Shown: positions 55,165-64,000 of the stretch, in pieces
How positions within the stretch are numbered: position 1 is the first letter of the stretch
Layout: each line of letters starts with the position of its first letter
Source of the DNA: Methanobacteriota archaeon
Lineage (GTDB): Archaea; Undinarchaeota; Undinarchaeia; Undinarchaeales; Undinarchaeaceae
DNA: 64,000 bases
Assembly: GCA_002687935.1 (NCBI GenBank)
Contig: NZBN01000002.1
Span: forward strand, 1 to 64,000
Direction of reading: 5' to 3'
Position numbers and translations under genes: made by a program
The notes under the pieces: model-generated
What the model was told of the DNA's origin: nothing
What the model saw: the letters and a program-made list of their open reading frames with translations, nothing else
The model's database searches: none

Positions 55165-55884
55165 ATGAGAATTGGAGTCAGAGTTTTTTCACTTTCAGTA
55201 GATGAAGAAGCCTATCTTTCTATAATCTATGGTCTGGAAAAAAACTATTCACTGATTGTAGACCCCAGGAAATTTGATACGCCACTTAAGATAAATGCCC
55301 GTTTTAAAAACAAGGATGCTAAAATCAGATATATTGAACTCAACTCAAGTGGAATGGCTTATTTGGAATATAATGGTCTGAAAAAAAAGGCCGAAAAACA
55401 TCTTGAAGACTTCAAAGTTCTTGTTTCTTCTATGCTTGGTGAAATCCAGGCAAAAGAAGAAGACTTTGAAATTGTTACTATGGAGCTTCTCTCTAGAAAA
55501 AAACCTCTTCTTCTTCCTCGAGACAAGGAAGAACTTCAAACATTCCGGCGTCTTGAAACAAAAAACGTTCTTTCACGGGCACAGCCAGTGAAATGTCCAC
55601 GCTGTAGTCAGTCATTTCTGCTGTTGTATGAAAATCTAATCAAACCAGAAAAGCGAGTTCTCTGCTCCGACTGTATGTTTTGGTTTTCACCCAAAAAAGA
55701 GAAGGAAGTGTATGTCGTAAATGAGGAATATATGAAGGTTATGAGTGGCGTGTGGAATAAAGTTCAAAAAATAATAAATGCCAGTTGGAGGGAAGTTACA
55801 AGACACGGGCTTCCAATGATTGGTCGCGGGAGTGATGCCAATGAAAAAAAGTCTGAGAAAAAAACATCTATTAAAAAGAAGTGA
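55165..55884 (+). CDS. Hypothetical protein with zinc ribbon
   Basis: CPRC...CSDC; 5 nt after the ATPase. Confidence 0.65.
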   Translation: MRIGVRVFSLSVDEEAYLSIIYGLEKNYSLIVDPRKFDTPLKINARFKNKDAKIRYIELNSSGMAYLEYNGLKKKAEKHLEDFKVLVSSMLGEIQAKEEDFEIVTMELLSRKKPLLLPRDKEELQTFRRLETKNVLSRAQPVKCPRCSQSFLLLYENLIKPEKRVLCSDCMFWFSPKKEKEVYVVNEEYMKVMSGVWNKVQKIINASWREVTRHGLPMIGRGSDANEKKSEKKTSIKKK

Positions 55885-56413
55885 AGTTCCACTTCCGTCA
55901 GTTCTTAAAAAAAGTGAAGTCATTGGAAAACGCTTGCTAGAACTTCCGGAATTTTCTAAAGCTTCAAAAATAATGCTTTATTCTTCAAAAGACTCCGAAG
56001 TTGATACTGCGTCTATCATTCGTTCTTGTATCCAATCTGAGAAGGAAGTATATCTCCCGAGGACTGATATAAAATCACGAAAAATGGAGGCAGTTTTGAT
56101 AAGTGAGTTCCCAGAGGATGTTGAAATTGCCTCATTCGGTCTTCTTGAACCAAAAAAAGACTTGAATGCTACTGAAAATCTCCGTGAAATAGATTTAGTC
56201 ATAGTTCCGGGTGTAGCCTTCGACGAACGAGGAAACAGACTCGGGTATGGCTTCGGTTTTTATGATCGCTTTCTTACAGAGGTCAGAGCTCCAAAAATAG
56301 GTCTATCCTTTGAATCGCATGTTCTTGACTTAGTTCCTCAGGAATCACATGATGTCAGAGTAGATAAAATTGTTACTGAGCTTCGGATTATCGAATGTTC
56401 TAATTTTTCTTGA
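55835..56413 (+). CDS. 5-formyltetrahydrofolate cyclo-ligase
   Basis: EVDT, VYLPR, EP, DLVIVPGVAFD..GNRLGYG.GFYDRFL, HD..VD. Confidence 0.95.
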   Translation: MPMKKSLRKKHLLKRSEVPLPSVLKKSEVIGKRLLELPEFSKASKIMLYSSKDSEVDTASIIRSCIQSEKEVYLPRTDIKSRKMEAVLISEFPEDVEIASFGLLEPKKDLNATENLREIDLVIVPGVAFDERGNRLGYGFGFYDRFLTEVRAPKIGLSFESHVLDLVPQESHDVRVDKIVTELRIIECSNFS

Positions 56414-56446
56414 AATTATATAAATGACGAGATACTACTCCGTTTT

Positions 56447-57691
56447 ATGGTCAATTTAGAGCCCTTAAAGAATAATGATCCTGATTTGTATGAGCTTATT
56501 GTAAAGGAAACTGGAAGGCAGAATTGTGGTCTCGAGTTAATACCTTCTGAGAATTTCGTCAGCAAGGCGGTTCTTGAGGCGATGGGCTCAGTTTTAACTA
56601 ACAAATATGCAGAAGGATATCCTGGAAAGCGTTATTACGGTGGAAATCAGTACATTGACCAAATAGAACAGATTGCTATAGATCGCGCGAAGAGTCTTTT
56701 TGGAGCAGAACACGCTAATGTTCAGCCTAATTCAGGCTCTCCTGCCAATATGGCTGTCTATTTCGCTCTTATGGAGGCAGGAGACAAGCTTATGGGTCTT
56801 GAACTGTCTCAGGGAGGGCATTTGACGCACGGGAGTCCAGTTAATTTCTCTGGAAAATTGTATAATGCTACTTCATATAGCGTTGACAAGGAAACAGAGA
56901 TAATTGATATGGATCTTGTAAGAAAGCAGGCAGAGAAGGAAAAGCCAAAAATTCTTTTGTCGAGCACAACTGCATATCCAAGGGAGCTGGATTTTACCGA
57001 ATTTGCTGAAATTGCAAAAGACGTGGGGGCCCTATCGATGGCCGATATAGCACATATTGCTGGCTTGATAATTGGAAAGGTGCATCAGGACCCATTTCCT
57101 TTCACGGATGTTGTAACGACTACAACTCACAAGACACTCCGTGGTCCAAGAAGTGGTCTTATACTTTGCAAGGAAGAATATGGGAAAGCCATCGATAAGG
57201 CTGTTTTTCCTGGTATGCAGGGAGGTCCGCACGAACATATAATTGCGGCAAAGGCTGTATGTTTCAAGGAAGCAGCAAGCCCAGAATTTTCTGAATATGC
57301 CGGACAGATAGTTAAAAACGCAAAAAGGCTGTCTGAGTCACTTATTGAATATGGCTTCAGACTTGTTACAGGTGGTACTGATAACCACCTCCTGTTAATC
57401 GATATGACAAATAAAGGACTAAGTGGTAAAGAAGCTCAGAATTCCCTTGATGAAGCAGGAATAACAACTAACAGGAATACAATTCCTTTTGAGCCACGCT
57501 CTCCCTTTGACCCATCAGGTTTGAGGCTTGGAACTCCTGCAATAACCAGTCGAGGTATGAAGGAATCTGAAATGGAGCAAGTTGCAAGATGGATAAACAA
57601 AGTTATAGAAAATCACAGTGATTCTTCTGTTAAAGAGAAAGTTAAAGAAGAAATAAAAGAATTCTGCCAAGACTTTCCATTGTACCCTTAA
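56447..57691 (+). CDS. glyA: Serine hydroxymethyltransferase
   Basis: [43 protein letters not shown]. Confidence 0.98.
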   Translation: MVNLEPLKNNDPDLYELIVKETGRQNCGLELIPSENFVSKAVLEAMGSVLTNKYAEGYPGKRYYGGNQYIDQIEQIAIDRAKSLFGAEHANVQPNSGSPANMAVYFALMEAGDKLMGLELSQGGHLTHGSPVNFSGKLYNATSYSVDKETEIIDMDLVRKQAEKEKPKILLSSTTAYPRELDFTEFAEIAKDVGALSMADIAHIAGLIIGKVHQDPFPFTDVVTTTTHKTLRGPRSGLILCKEEYGKAIDKAVFPGMQGGPHEHIIAAKAVCFKEAASPEFSEYAGQIVKNAKRLSESLIEYGFRLVTGGTDNHLLLIDMTNKGLSGKEAQNSLDEAGITTNRNTIPFEPRSPFDPSGLRLGTPAITSRGMKESEMEQVARWINKVIENHSDSSVKEKVKEEIKEFCQDFPLYP

Positions 57692-57693
57692 CA

Positions 57694-58524
57694 ATGCCTG
57701 CACAAATTATAGACGGTCAAAAAATAGCCAAGGACAAGTATATAGCCTTACAACTTGCTGTAGCTAAACTTGACTTTCAACCAGGAATAGCAAGTCTAGT
57801 CACAGACGATAATTCTGCGTCAAAACTTTATGCTTCTAAAAGAGGAGAGATAGCCCAGAGTATTGGGATGTATTCTGAGCTTCATAGCCTTGGGAAAAAT
57901 GCCAAGGATGAGGAGATTGTAGAGATTATTTCAAGTCTTAACAAAAATACAAAAATACACGGAATAATAGTTCAGATGCCCCTTCCAAAAGGTGCAGATA
58001 TTAGTCTTATTTTATCTTCTATAAATCCAAAAAAAGATGCGGATGCTATACATCCTTTAAATCTTGGGAACTTGTTTTTAGGAAGTCCATACGTGATTCC
58101 AGCCACGGCGAAGGCAATATTCGAATTGATAAATTCAACTGGCGCACAGATAGAATCTACAAATGTCACTGTAATAGGTAATGGTATTTCAGCAGGAAGG
58201 CCTTCTGCTGCCCTTCTTCAAAATGCAGGAGCTACAGTTACAGTATGTAATTCTAAAACAAAAAATCTAAAGAGCCATACTATTGATGCAGACATAATTA
58301 TTGCTTCAACAGGAAAGGAAAAAATACTCACTGCAGATATGGTAAAAGAAGGGGCGATTGTCATTGATGCAGGAGTAAGCATAATTAAGGGAAAAATTAT
58401 AGGGGATGTTGACTTCGGAACGGTGTCTAAAAAAGCAGCTTACATCACACAAGTTCCAGGAGGAGTCGGTCCTGTAACTTCTGCAAGCCTTCTGGAAAAT
58501 GTATTCTCTCTTGCTACAATATAA
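57694..58524 (+). CDS. folD: Methylenetetrahydrofolate dehydrogenase/cyclohydrolase (divergent)
   Basis: IIDG, HGIIVQMPLP, KD.D, VIDAG, GDVD, VPGGVGP. Confidence 0.9.
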   Translation: MPAQIIDGQKIAKDKYIALQLAVAKLDFQPGIASLVTDDNSASKLYASKRGEIAQSIGMYSELHSLGKNAKDEEIVEIISSLNKNTKIHGIIVQMPLPKGADISLILSSINPKKDADAIHPLNLGNLFLGSPYVIPATAKAIFELINSTGAQIESTNVTVIGNGISAGRPSAALLQNAGATVTVCNSKTKNLKSHTIDADIIIASTGKEKILTADMVKEGAIVIDAGVSIIKGKIIGDVDFGTVSKKAAYITQVPGGVGPVTSASLLENVFSLATI

Positions 58525-59373
58525 TTAGCGTGGAACAATGTGAACAAAGGCTTCTTCTATTCCTTCTAGAGCTTCAATATCGTCCCTTACTTCTTCCTGT
58601 ATTTTATGAACAAGGGTTACTGTGTCCTTCTCATCTACATAAATTTCAATTTCAACATGAACTTGGTTTCCAACATAGTGAGGTCTTACTGCCCCAATTC
58701 CAATAACTCCTCTTACTTCTTTTGCAGTTTTTCTTATAGCATTCACCATCTCAGGATCAGGCGTTCCCCCCATTAAATAATTCATATTTTCACTGGCTAT
58801 TCTGTAGCCTGCCCACAAAATAAAGAGTGCAACCATGCCTGCCGCAATGCTGTCAGCCAGAGGGAAATATTTTACTCCAATTACTCCTATTAGTGCAACG
58901 GCAGAAGAAATTGAATCATACCTTCCATCAATTGCAATCGCCTTAATAGATGGACTTCTTAGTTGTTTGGAAACTTTTGTGTGGTATATTGACATAAGGG
59001 CTTTAACAATAACGCTCATTGCCAGAACTCCTATTGCCAACCAGCTAAAGAGTACTTCAGTTGGATTTATGACTCTTGAAATAGCTGCCGTTATAATTTC
59101 ATATGCTGCAACTCCTGCAAAAAGTGCTACTATCAGTCCAGCAACAGGCTCTGCCCTAGTATAACCATACATATGTTTTGGGTCTGCTTTCTTTCTGGAT
59201 ATTCTGAAAGAGATTGCTACCGCAAAAGAAGTTAATATGTCTGTTAGTGAGTTAATTGCATCAGATATTACAGCAAGACTACCCGTATAAATCCCAACTG
59301 TAAGTTTTATGATAAATAACGCAGTGTTTACTACAACTCCAATTGTGGTTGCAATACTTCCAGACCTTTCCAT
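58525..59373 (-). CDS. Cation diffusion facilitator
   Basis: SLAVISDAINSLTD, H.YGY.RAE, D..YD.ISS, EEAFVH. Confidence 0.92.
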   Translation of the reverse strand: MERSGSIATTIGVVVNTALFIIKLTVGIYTGSLAVISDAINSLTDILTSFAVAISFRISRKKADPKHMYGYTRAEPVAGLIVALFAGVAAYEIITAAISRVINPTEVLFSWLAIGVLAMSVIVKALMSIYHTKVSKQLRSPSIKAIAIDGRYDSISSAVALIGVIGVKYFPLADSIAAGMVALFILWAGYRIASENMNYLMGGTPDPEMVNAIRKTAKEVRGVIGIGAVRPHYVGNQVHVEIEIYVDEKDTVTLVHKIQEEVRDDIEALEGIEEAFVHIVPR

Positions 59374-59457
59374 GAACTGACTTAGATATTGTGAAGGGCT
59401 TAATTAACTTTCCCTTCCTCCCCAAACCTTATAAAAACAAAATCTTTAGAGGGGACT

Positions 59458-60621
59458 ATGATTGATCTCTTAGTGAGTGTTATAATTTTGCTCTTTCTGG
59501 CGAGACTTGGTGGTGCTCTTGCAGAAATCCTGGGCCTGAGTGCAATAGTCGGTGAGATTTTTGCAGGTATTGCGGTAGGTCCAACACTCTTTCCACAATT
59601 TACTACATATTTTACAGAGTCAGTTCTTCTTGAAGGTCTGGCAGATATTGGTATTATTTTGCTCATTTTTCTTGTGGGCTTGAAAATAAATCTCAAGGCA
59701 TTTGAAAAATTCCTTAGAGCTGGTGCAGTCATAGCTATGTTTGGGGCATTCATACCCTTCTTTGCAGGAACCTATCTTGGCTTTGCATATTTTGCATGGA
59801 ATCCTGTGCAATCATTATTCTTAGGGGGTATAATGATGGCATCAAGTATGGCAATTGCAGGACGAATGTTATATGATTCCAAGCTTCTACATAAAAGAGT
59901 CGGAAATCTGGCTATCGATGCTGTCCTTGTTGGAGAACTTCTGTCCCTTTTGATGCTTATCTTCCTTGTCCAACTTGCAGGAAACTCAGCTTTCAGCATT
60001 CAGAGTCTTCTAAAGTCAACAATTTACGTCGCAATATTTTTCACTACAGTAATTCTTCTTGCAAGTTATATTAGTAAATATATAGAAATTCTTGGACGCT
60101 TCCTTAATCTGCGTGTCAAGGAAGGACTTCTCTCAATGGTAATTATACTTGTGTTTACTTTATCATTAATTGCAGAAGCGATTGGCATTTCTATGGTGAT
60201 AGGGGCATTTCTGGCAGGACTTATTCTGCATGAAAGGCACTTGAAAAAAATAGAACATGAAGTATACAGTATGGCATATGGTCTCTTTATACCTCTCTTC
60301 TTCGCTCTACTGGGCATATATGTGAATATATTTGAAATGATTTCCCTGTGGCCATTTTTGCTTAGTATTTTTGCCGTAGCACTTACTTCCCGTTTGTTTG
60401 GGGCATATTTTGGGGCAAGGATTTCAGGAATGAGTAGCAGAAACTCCTTTATTGTCTCTCTTGTAATGACGCCTCGTGCAGAGGTCGCATTTATAATAGC
60501 AAGTGTTGCACTTCTTAATGGAGTTTACAGTGTTTCTGATTATTCTGCTGTGATTGGGGCTCTGATTCTTGGAATAGTTGTTGTACCTCCCGTGTTTAGG
60601 AGAGTTGTCAACGCAAAATGA
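59458..60621 (+). CDS. CPA2 cation:proton antiporter
   Basis: IVGEIFAGIAVGP, LADIGIILLIF..GL, GAFLAG, PLFF..LG, PRAEVA. Confidence 0.88.
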   Translation: MIDLLVSVIILLFLARLGGALAEILGLSAIVGEIFAGIAVGPTLFPQFTTYFTESVLLEGLADIGIILLIFLVGLKINLKAFEKFLRAGAVIAMFGAFIPFFAGTYLGFAYFAWNPVQSLFLGGIMMASSMAIAGRMLYDSKLLHKRVGNLAIDAVLVGELLSLLMLIFLVQLAGNSAFSIQSLLKSTIYVAIFFTTVILLASYISKYIEILGRFLNLRVKEGLLSMVIILVFTLSLIAEAIGISMVIGAFLAGLILHERHLKKIEHEVYSMAYGLFIPLFFALLGIYVNIFEMISLWPFLLSIFAVALTSRLFGAYFGARISGMSSRNSFIVSLVMTPRAEVAFIIASVALLNGVYSVSDYSAVIGALILGIVVVPPVFRRVVNAK

Positions 60622-61553
60622 CCCTGCCTTTTCCATATCAGAGTGCAGGAATTTTTATTATATCTCTCGCAATTTTGCTGAAGGGCGCTGACATATTTAC
60701 AAATAGGTCAGTACATGTTGCAAGACAGGTCGGAATTTCTGAGTTCGCAATAGGTCTTACACTTGTTGCCTTTTCAACTTCTTTACCTGAGCTTGCCATC
60801 TCTATGACTGCTGCTCTGACAGGTTCAGATGGTATAGCTATAGGCAATATAATCGGTTCTAATATAGCAAATATTGGCCTCATAGTGGGCCTTGCATCCC
60901 TTTTCATGCCCTTTGTTCTTAAGAAAGAGGATTTTAAACAGGCATTATTTATGATAGCTGTACTTTTCATCGGTTCAATTTTCATGTATAATGGATTAAC
61001 AAGAATAGAGGGTTTTGCATTGGTTTCAATCCTCGTAGCTTACATAATAAATACACTCAGACAGGGGAAAGTAGGCACAGCAAAATCTTCTAAAGCTCAG
61101 TCTCTAGCTTCAAATTTACTCTTTGCTTTCGCAGGAGCTGGCGCAGTCCTTGTTGGAGGAAAGTTTGTTGTTGATTCTGCAGTAGTACTTGCCAAATGGG
61201 CAGGAATATCTGAAGTTCTTATCGGAATCACTGTAATTGCAATAGGAACTTCTCTTCCTGAACTTGTCACATCCATTATTGCAGCAAAGAATAACATGCC
61301 AAGTATGGCTCTTGGTAACATAATAGGGAGCAATATCTTCAATATTGCCGCAGTTCTTGGACTAACTTCTTTAATATCTCCTATAGCAGTATCTTTTGAT
61401 GTTTTCCTCTTCGATATCCCTGCAATGATACTTTTTTCAATACTTTTGGCTTCCTTTATGTATTTCGGAGAAAATCGCATAAGTAAGCGGAGCGGAGTAT
61501 ATCTCTTACTACTTTATGTGGCATACCTTTGTGCGCACGTATTTTTCTTTTGA
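60618..61553 (+). CDS. CaCA family Ca2+/Na+ antiporter (YrbG-like)
   Basis: Two alpha repeats TSLPEL...GNIIGSN. Confidence 0.93.
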   Translation: MTLPFPYQSAGIFIISLAILLKGADIFTNRSVHVARQVGISEFAIGLTLVAFSTSLPELAISMTAALTGSDGIAIGNIIGSNIANIGLIVGLASLFMPFVLKKEDFKQALFMIAVLFIGSIFMYNGLTRIEGFALVSILVAYIINTLRQGKVGTAKSSKAQSLASNLLFAFAGAGAVLVGGKFVVDSAVVLAKWAGISEVLIGITVIAIGTSLPELVTSIIAAKNNMPSMALGNIIGSNIFNIAAVLGLTSLISPIAVSFDVFLFDIPAMILFSILLASFMYFGENRISKRSGVYLLLLYVAYLCAHVFFF

Positions 61554-61601
61554 CAGAAAAGCCTTAAATATAAGAACCATTAACTCAGTGTATTCTTTCA
61601 T

Positions 61602-62042
61602 ATGACAACAAGTGCAGTAATCGCAACACGGCTAAAACCAGGAGATTTATTTCTCCTTGACGGACAGGGAGATGATATTTTTAAAGTAAAAAAATTAAGC
61701 ACCTCATCACCAGGAAAGCACGGTCACGCCAAAGTACGTATAATGTATGTAAATTTCTTCACAGGTTCTGGTGGAGAAGTAACTTACAGCGGTCACAAAG
61801 AGATGGACAAGCCAGTTATTGAAAAGGAAAGGTCTCAGGTAATATCAATTACTCCTGGAAAGACTTCTAATGACCCGAATGTTCCTGACGTCCCTGCTGA
61901 ACTTCAGCTTATGAATCTTGAGAGCTTTGAGACATATGAACTCCCTTGCCCAGATGGAATTTCAGAAGCCGACCTTGCAGTTGGCAGTGAAGTAGAAGTC
62001 CGCAAATTTGAGAGCAAGAAGTGGATTGAAAAGCTCATCTAA
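61602..62042 (+). CDS. eif5a: Translation factor aIF5A
   Basis: STSSPGKHGHAK hypusination loop, LQLMNLESFETYE. Confidence 0.95.
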   Translation: MTTSAVIATRLKPGDLFLLDGQGDDIFKVKKLSTSSPGKHGHAKVRIMYVNFFTGSGGEVTYSGHKEMDKPVIEKERSQVISITPGKTSNDPNVPDVPAELQLMNLESFETYELPCPDGISEADLAVGSEVEVRKFESKKWIEKLI

Positions 62043-62047
62043 TTGCG

Positions 62048-62929
62048 ATGGATTTTTATCTAAATAATTTTTGCAGGTTATCAGAGGCAAGAAACTCTGT
62101 TAAAGAAAGTAGGGCAATTTTTCTTGGAGTACCTTATGATTGGTCTACTATAGACAGACCTGGTTCAAGATATGGGCCTTTACATATAAGAAAATCATTT
62201 GAACAATTTCTGGGCTATGATTCTACAAGTGGAAAAGATTTGTATGAAAGCCTTCTACCGTGTGATCTTGGTGATATTGCAGTAGTTCCGGGTGATTATA
62301 CAGAAACTCAGAAGAGGACGGAGGAAACACTTGAAAAAATTCTTTCAGAAAATAGTACTGCATTTATTATTGGCCTGGGGGGTGAACATTCAGTTACACA
62401 CTCTTTTTTAAAAACTCTAAAAAAAGTCCACAAAGATATGCTAGTTGTGAGTTTTGATGCACATCCTGACCTTAAAGAGGATTATATGGGTAACAAGGAA
62501 ACGAATGTAACCTATCTTCGACGAGCTTGTGATTTCATAGACCCCTCCGCAATTTCTCTTGTCGGAATTCGTGATGCAGACCGTGATGAGATAGATTATG
62601 CGAAAAAGAACAAGATCTCTATCCTTCATACAAAGAATATAAAAGAAGACCTAGAAGCCTCCCTTTCCTCCTTCAAAAAGGCAATAAATGGGAAGAAAGT
62701 TTATGTTACAATAGATATCGATGTTTTAGATACAGCCATTGCACCAGGAACTTCAAGCCCCTCTCCAGGTGGTTTGAACATGGCTGAAATGAAGGCATTT
62801 CTGGATATATGTATTCCACAAGCTGTCGGTATGGACGTAGTGGAAGTTTCTCCTCCCTTTGATACAGGGGAAATCACCAGTTTTACAGCTGCGAAACTTA
62901 TTTATTACGCTCTGAGTTTAAAGGCTTAG
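62048..62929 (+). CDS. speB: Agmatinase / ureohydrolase
   Basis: RPGSRYGP..IR, GGEHS, DAHPD, DIDVLD, EVSP. Confidence 0.92.
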   Translation: MDFYLNNFCRLSEARNSVKESRAIFLGVPYDWSTIDRPGSRYGPLHIRKSFEQFLGYDSTSGKDLYESLLPCDLGDIAVVPGDYTETQKRTEETLEKILSENSTAFIIGLGGEHSVTHSFLKTLKKVHKDMLVVSFDAHPDLKEDYMGNKETNVTYLRRACDFIDPSAISLVGIRDADRDEIDYAKKNKISILHTKNIKEDLEASLSSFKKAINGKKVYVTIDIDVLDTAIAPGTSSPSPGGLNMAEMKAFLDICIPQAVGMDVVEVSPPFDTGEITSFTAAKLIYYALSLKA

Positions 62930-62930
62930 C

Positions 62931-63077
62931 ATGGCAGTAGAAACATCCCTTCTCTTGCTGGTAGTTCTTGTAGTCATCGGCTTTATAATATATAGGATGG
63001 TCAGGGGAATTTGGACTATTCTTTTATGGGTTTTCATAGGCGGGGGTATACTGTTCGTCGTATATTACTTGCTGTAA
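62931..63077 (+). CDS. 48-aa two-TM micro-protein (not in ORF track)
   Basis: MAVETSLLLLVVLVVIGFIIYRMVRGIWTILLWVFIGGGILFVVYYLL*; fills the gap exactly, TAATG overlap with the next gene. Confidence 0.65.
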   Translation: MAVETSLLLLVVLVVIGFIIYRMVRGIWTILLWVFIGGGILFVVYYLL

Positions 63078-63832
63078 TGGTACTTGAATCATTATTTACT
63101 GTGGAAGAGGCTGAAAAAGAACCTTCAAACCTTTTTCTTCTTGGAATAGTCATCTCTACAGTGGCACTTTGGCTCTCTTTTTACATATTCCCCCAAGGAG
63201 CAAGTACATGGATGCTTTTCATAATAACATTGGCAGTTGTACCCCTTATGCACAAGGCCTTCATGATAGAGGAAGCAAAGGGCATAATACCTAGCAGGAA
63301 ACTCCTAAGAGGACATTTCCCAATTATAAAAATGTATATTTACTTGTTTTTAGGAATTTTTGTATCACTTGTGTTTTGGTATCTCTTCCTGCCAACTCAT
63401 TTGTTGGAAATAATTTTTTCTGTTCAAATGAATGTAGCCAGTACCATTCTAAGCGACGGCTCAATTCTGATGATGAGCTTGAAGGTTCTTGGACTCTTTA
63501 TGTTGTTAACTTTCCTCTATGGAGCTGGAGGAATTCTTATACTTGCATGGGATGCAGCTCTCAGCTCTGTAATTGTAGGTAATCTCTTAAAACACATATT
63601 TCTGGGAACTTATTCTTCTGGAATGCTTGCAATTTTGCTCCCCTCTTTGTTTGAAATTATTGGCTACTCTTTAGCTGCAATAGCGGCAGGAATACTCTCC
63701 GTTGCATTTTACAAAGGTCATTTAAGAGGAAAATTCGCAAAATATATACTGATTGATTTTGCAGTTCTGACTTTACTCGCATTAATTATGGTGTCTATTG
63801 GTGCTCTCGTCGCACAAGGAGTTGTTGTTTAA
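63077..63832 (+). CDS. SpoIIM-like multi-pass membrane protein
   Basis: About seven TM, FEIIGYSLAAIAAG motif; ATG 63077 preferred to track start 63011. Confidence 0.65.
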   Translation: MVLESLFTVEEAEKEPSNLFLLGIVISTVALWLSFYIFPQGASTWMLFIITLAVVPLMHKAFMIEEAKGIIPSRKLLRGHFPIIKMYIYLFLGIFVSLVFWYLFLPTHLLEIIFSVQMNVASTILSDGSILMMSLKVLGLFMLLTFLYGAGGILILAWDAALSSVIVGNLLKHIFLGTYSSGMLAILLPSLFEIIGYSLAAIAAGILSVAFYKGHLRGKFAKYILIDFAVLTLLALIMVSIGALVAQGVVV

Positions 63833-64000
63833 ATGGTTCTTGAAATGATAATGAAGGCTGAATATGCAGAAAGAAGTCCTGTGAGGACCCTCTTACTGGG
63901 TTTTGGCGTATCCTCAATTGCTTTGTGGATTGCCTATTTTGCCACCCTCTGGCTCCCATCATACATCTTCCCTGAACATGCGAATTCCTGGTTCTTATTC
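63833..64000 (+). CDS. Paralogue of the preceding membrane protein (runs off the window)
   Basis: MVLEMIMKAEYAERSP..LLLGF.VSSIALW matches MVLESLFTVEEAEKEP..LFLLG.VISTVALW. Confidence 0.6.
   Translation, partial: MVLEMIMKAEYAERSPVRTLLLGFGVSSIALWIAYFATLWLPSYIFPEHANSWFLF

Overview
Archaeal chromosomal segment, gene-dense and mostly housekeeping. Evidence for Archaea: GatDE, prefoldin alpha, L31e/L39e/S4e/L32e/L19e/L14e, SUI1, Rpp29, Cbf5, aIF5A and TATA-type promoters. The compact style suggests a DPANN-like lineage, but that is inference and needs a phylogeny. In order: small accessory ORFs (1-2.7 kb); tRNA-Val(GAC); a minus-strand run mvaD-trx-lipA-pdhABC-hydrolase-thyA-folA; xth; trxB; gatE and gatD; idsA; ftsY-pfdA-rpl31e-rpl39e; tRNA-Ser(CGA); an Mrr-like nuclease-fold/wHTH gene; the full S10-spc ribosomal cluster through secY-adk-cmk-cbf5; tRNA-Ser(GGA) followed by a 1.2-kb accessory islet; gpmA; VIT1; an FNR-like oxidoreductase; rtcB and archease; sufBDSUC with a regulator and ferredoxin; rnz; an orphan AAA+ ATPase pair; a folate C1 cluster; cation transporters; aIF5A and speB. 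The most striking unexplained signal is at 41074-41286: two tandem ~101-nt copies (period 111 nt, 25 substitutions, no indels) of a structured RNA folding into a four-way helical junction. Six base pairs are conserved by compensatory double substitutions, the UUCG and GAAA tetraloops are invariant, a TATA box lies upstream and a U-rich tract downstream. It sits at the end of an islet that also encodes a VRR-NUC/Hjc-like nuclease and a stand-alone TFIIB-type zinc ribbon. I cannot match it to an RNA family I know. Other notable items: an unannotated 26-aa, 7-Cys metallothionein-like ORF; a 23-aa basic micro-ORF; a near-identical 86-bp segment shared by the tails of rpl22 and rps3; remodelled exit-tunnel loops in uL4 and uL22; a tRNA-Val 3'-end duplication; and a palindromic operator candidate upstream of the suf operon. 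No CRISPR array, rRNA, transposase or integrase was seen. All assignments come from motif recognition by eye; no database search was run.
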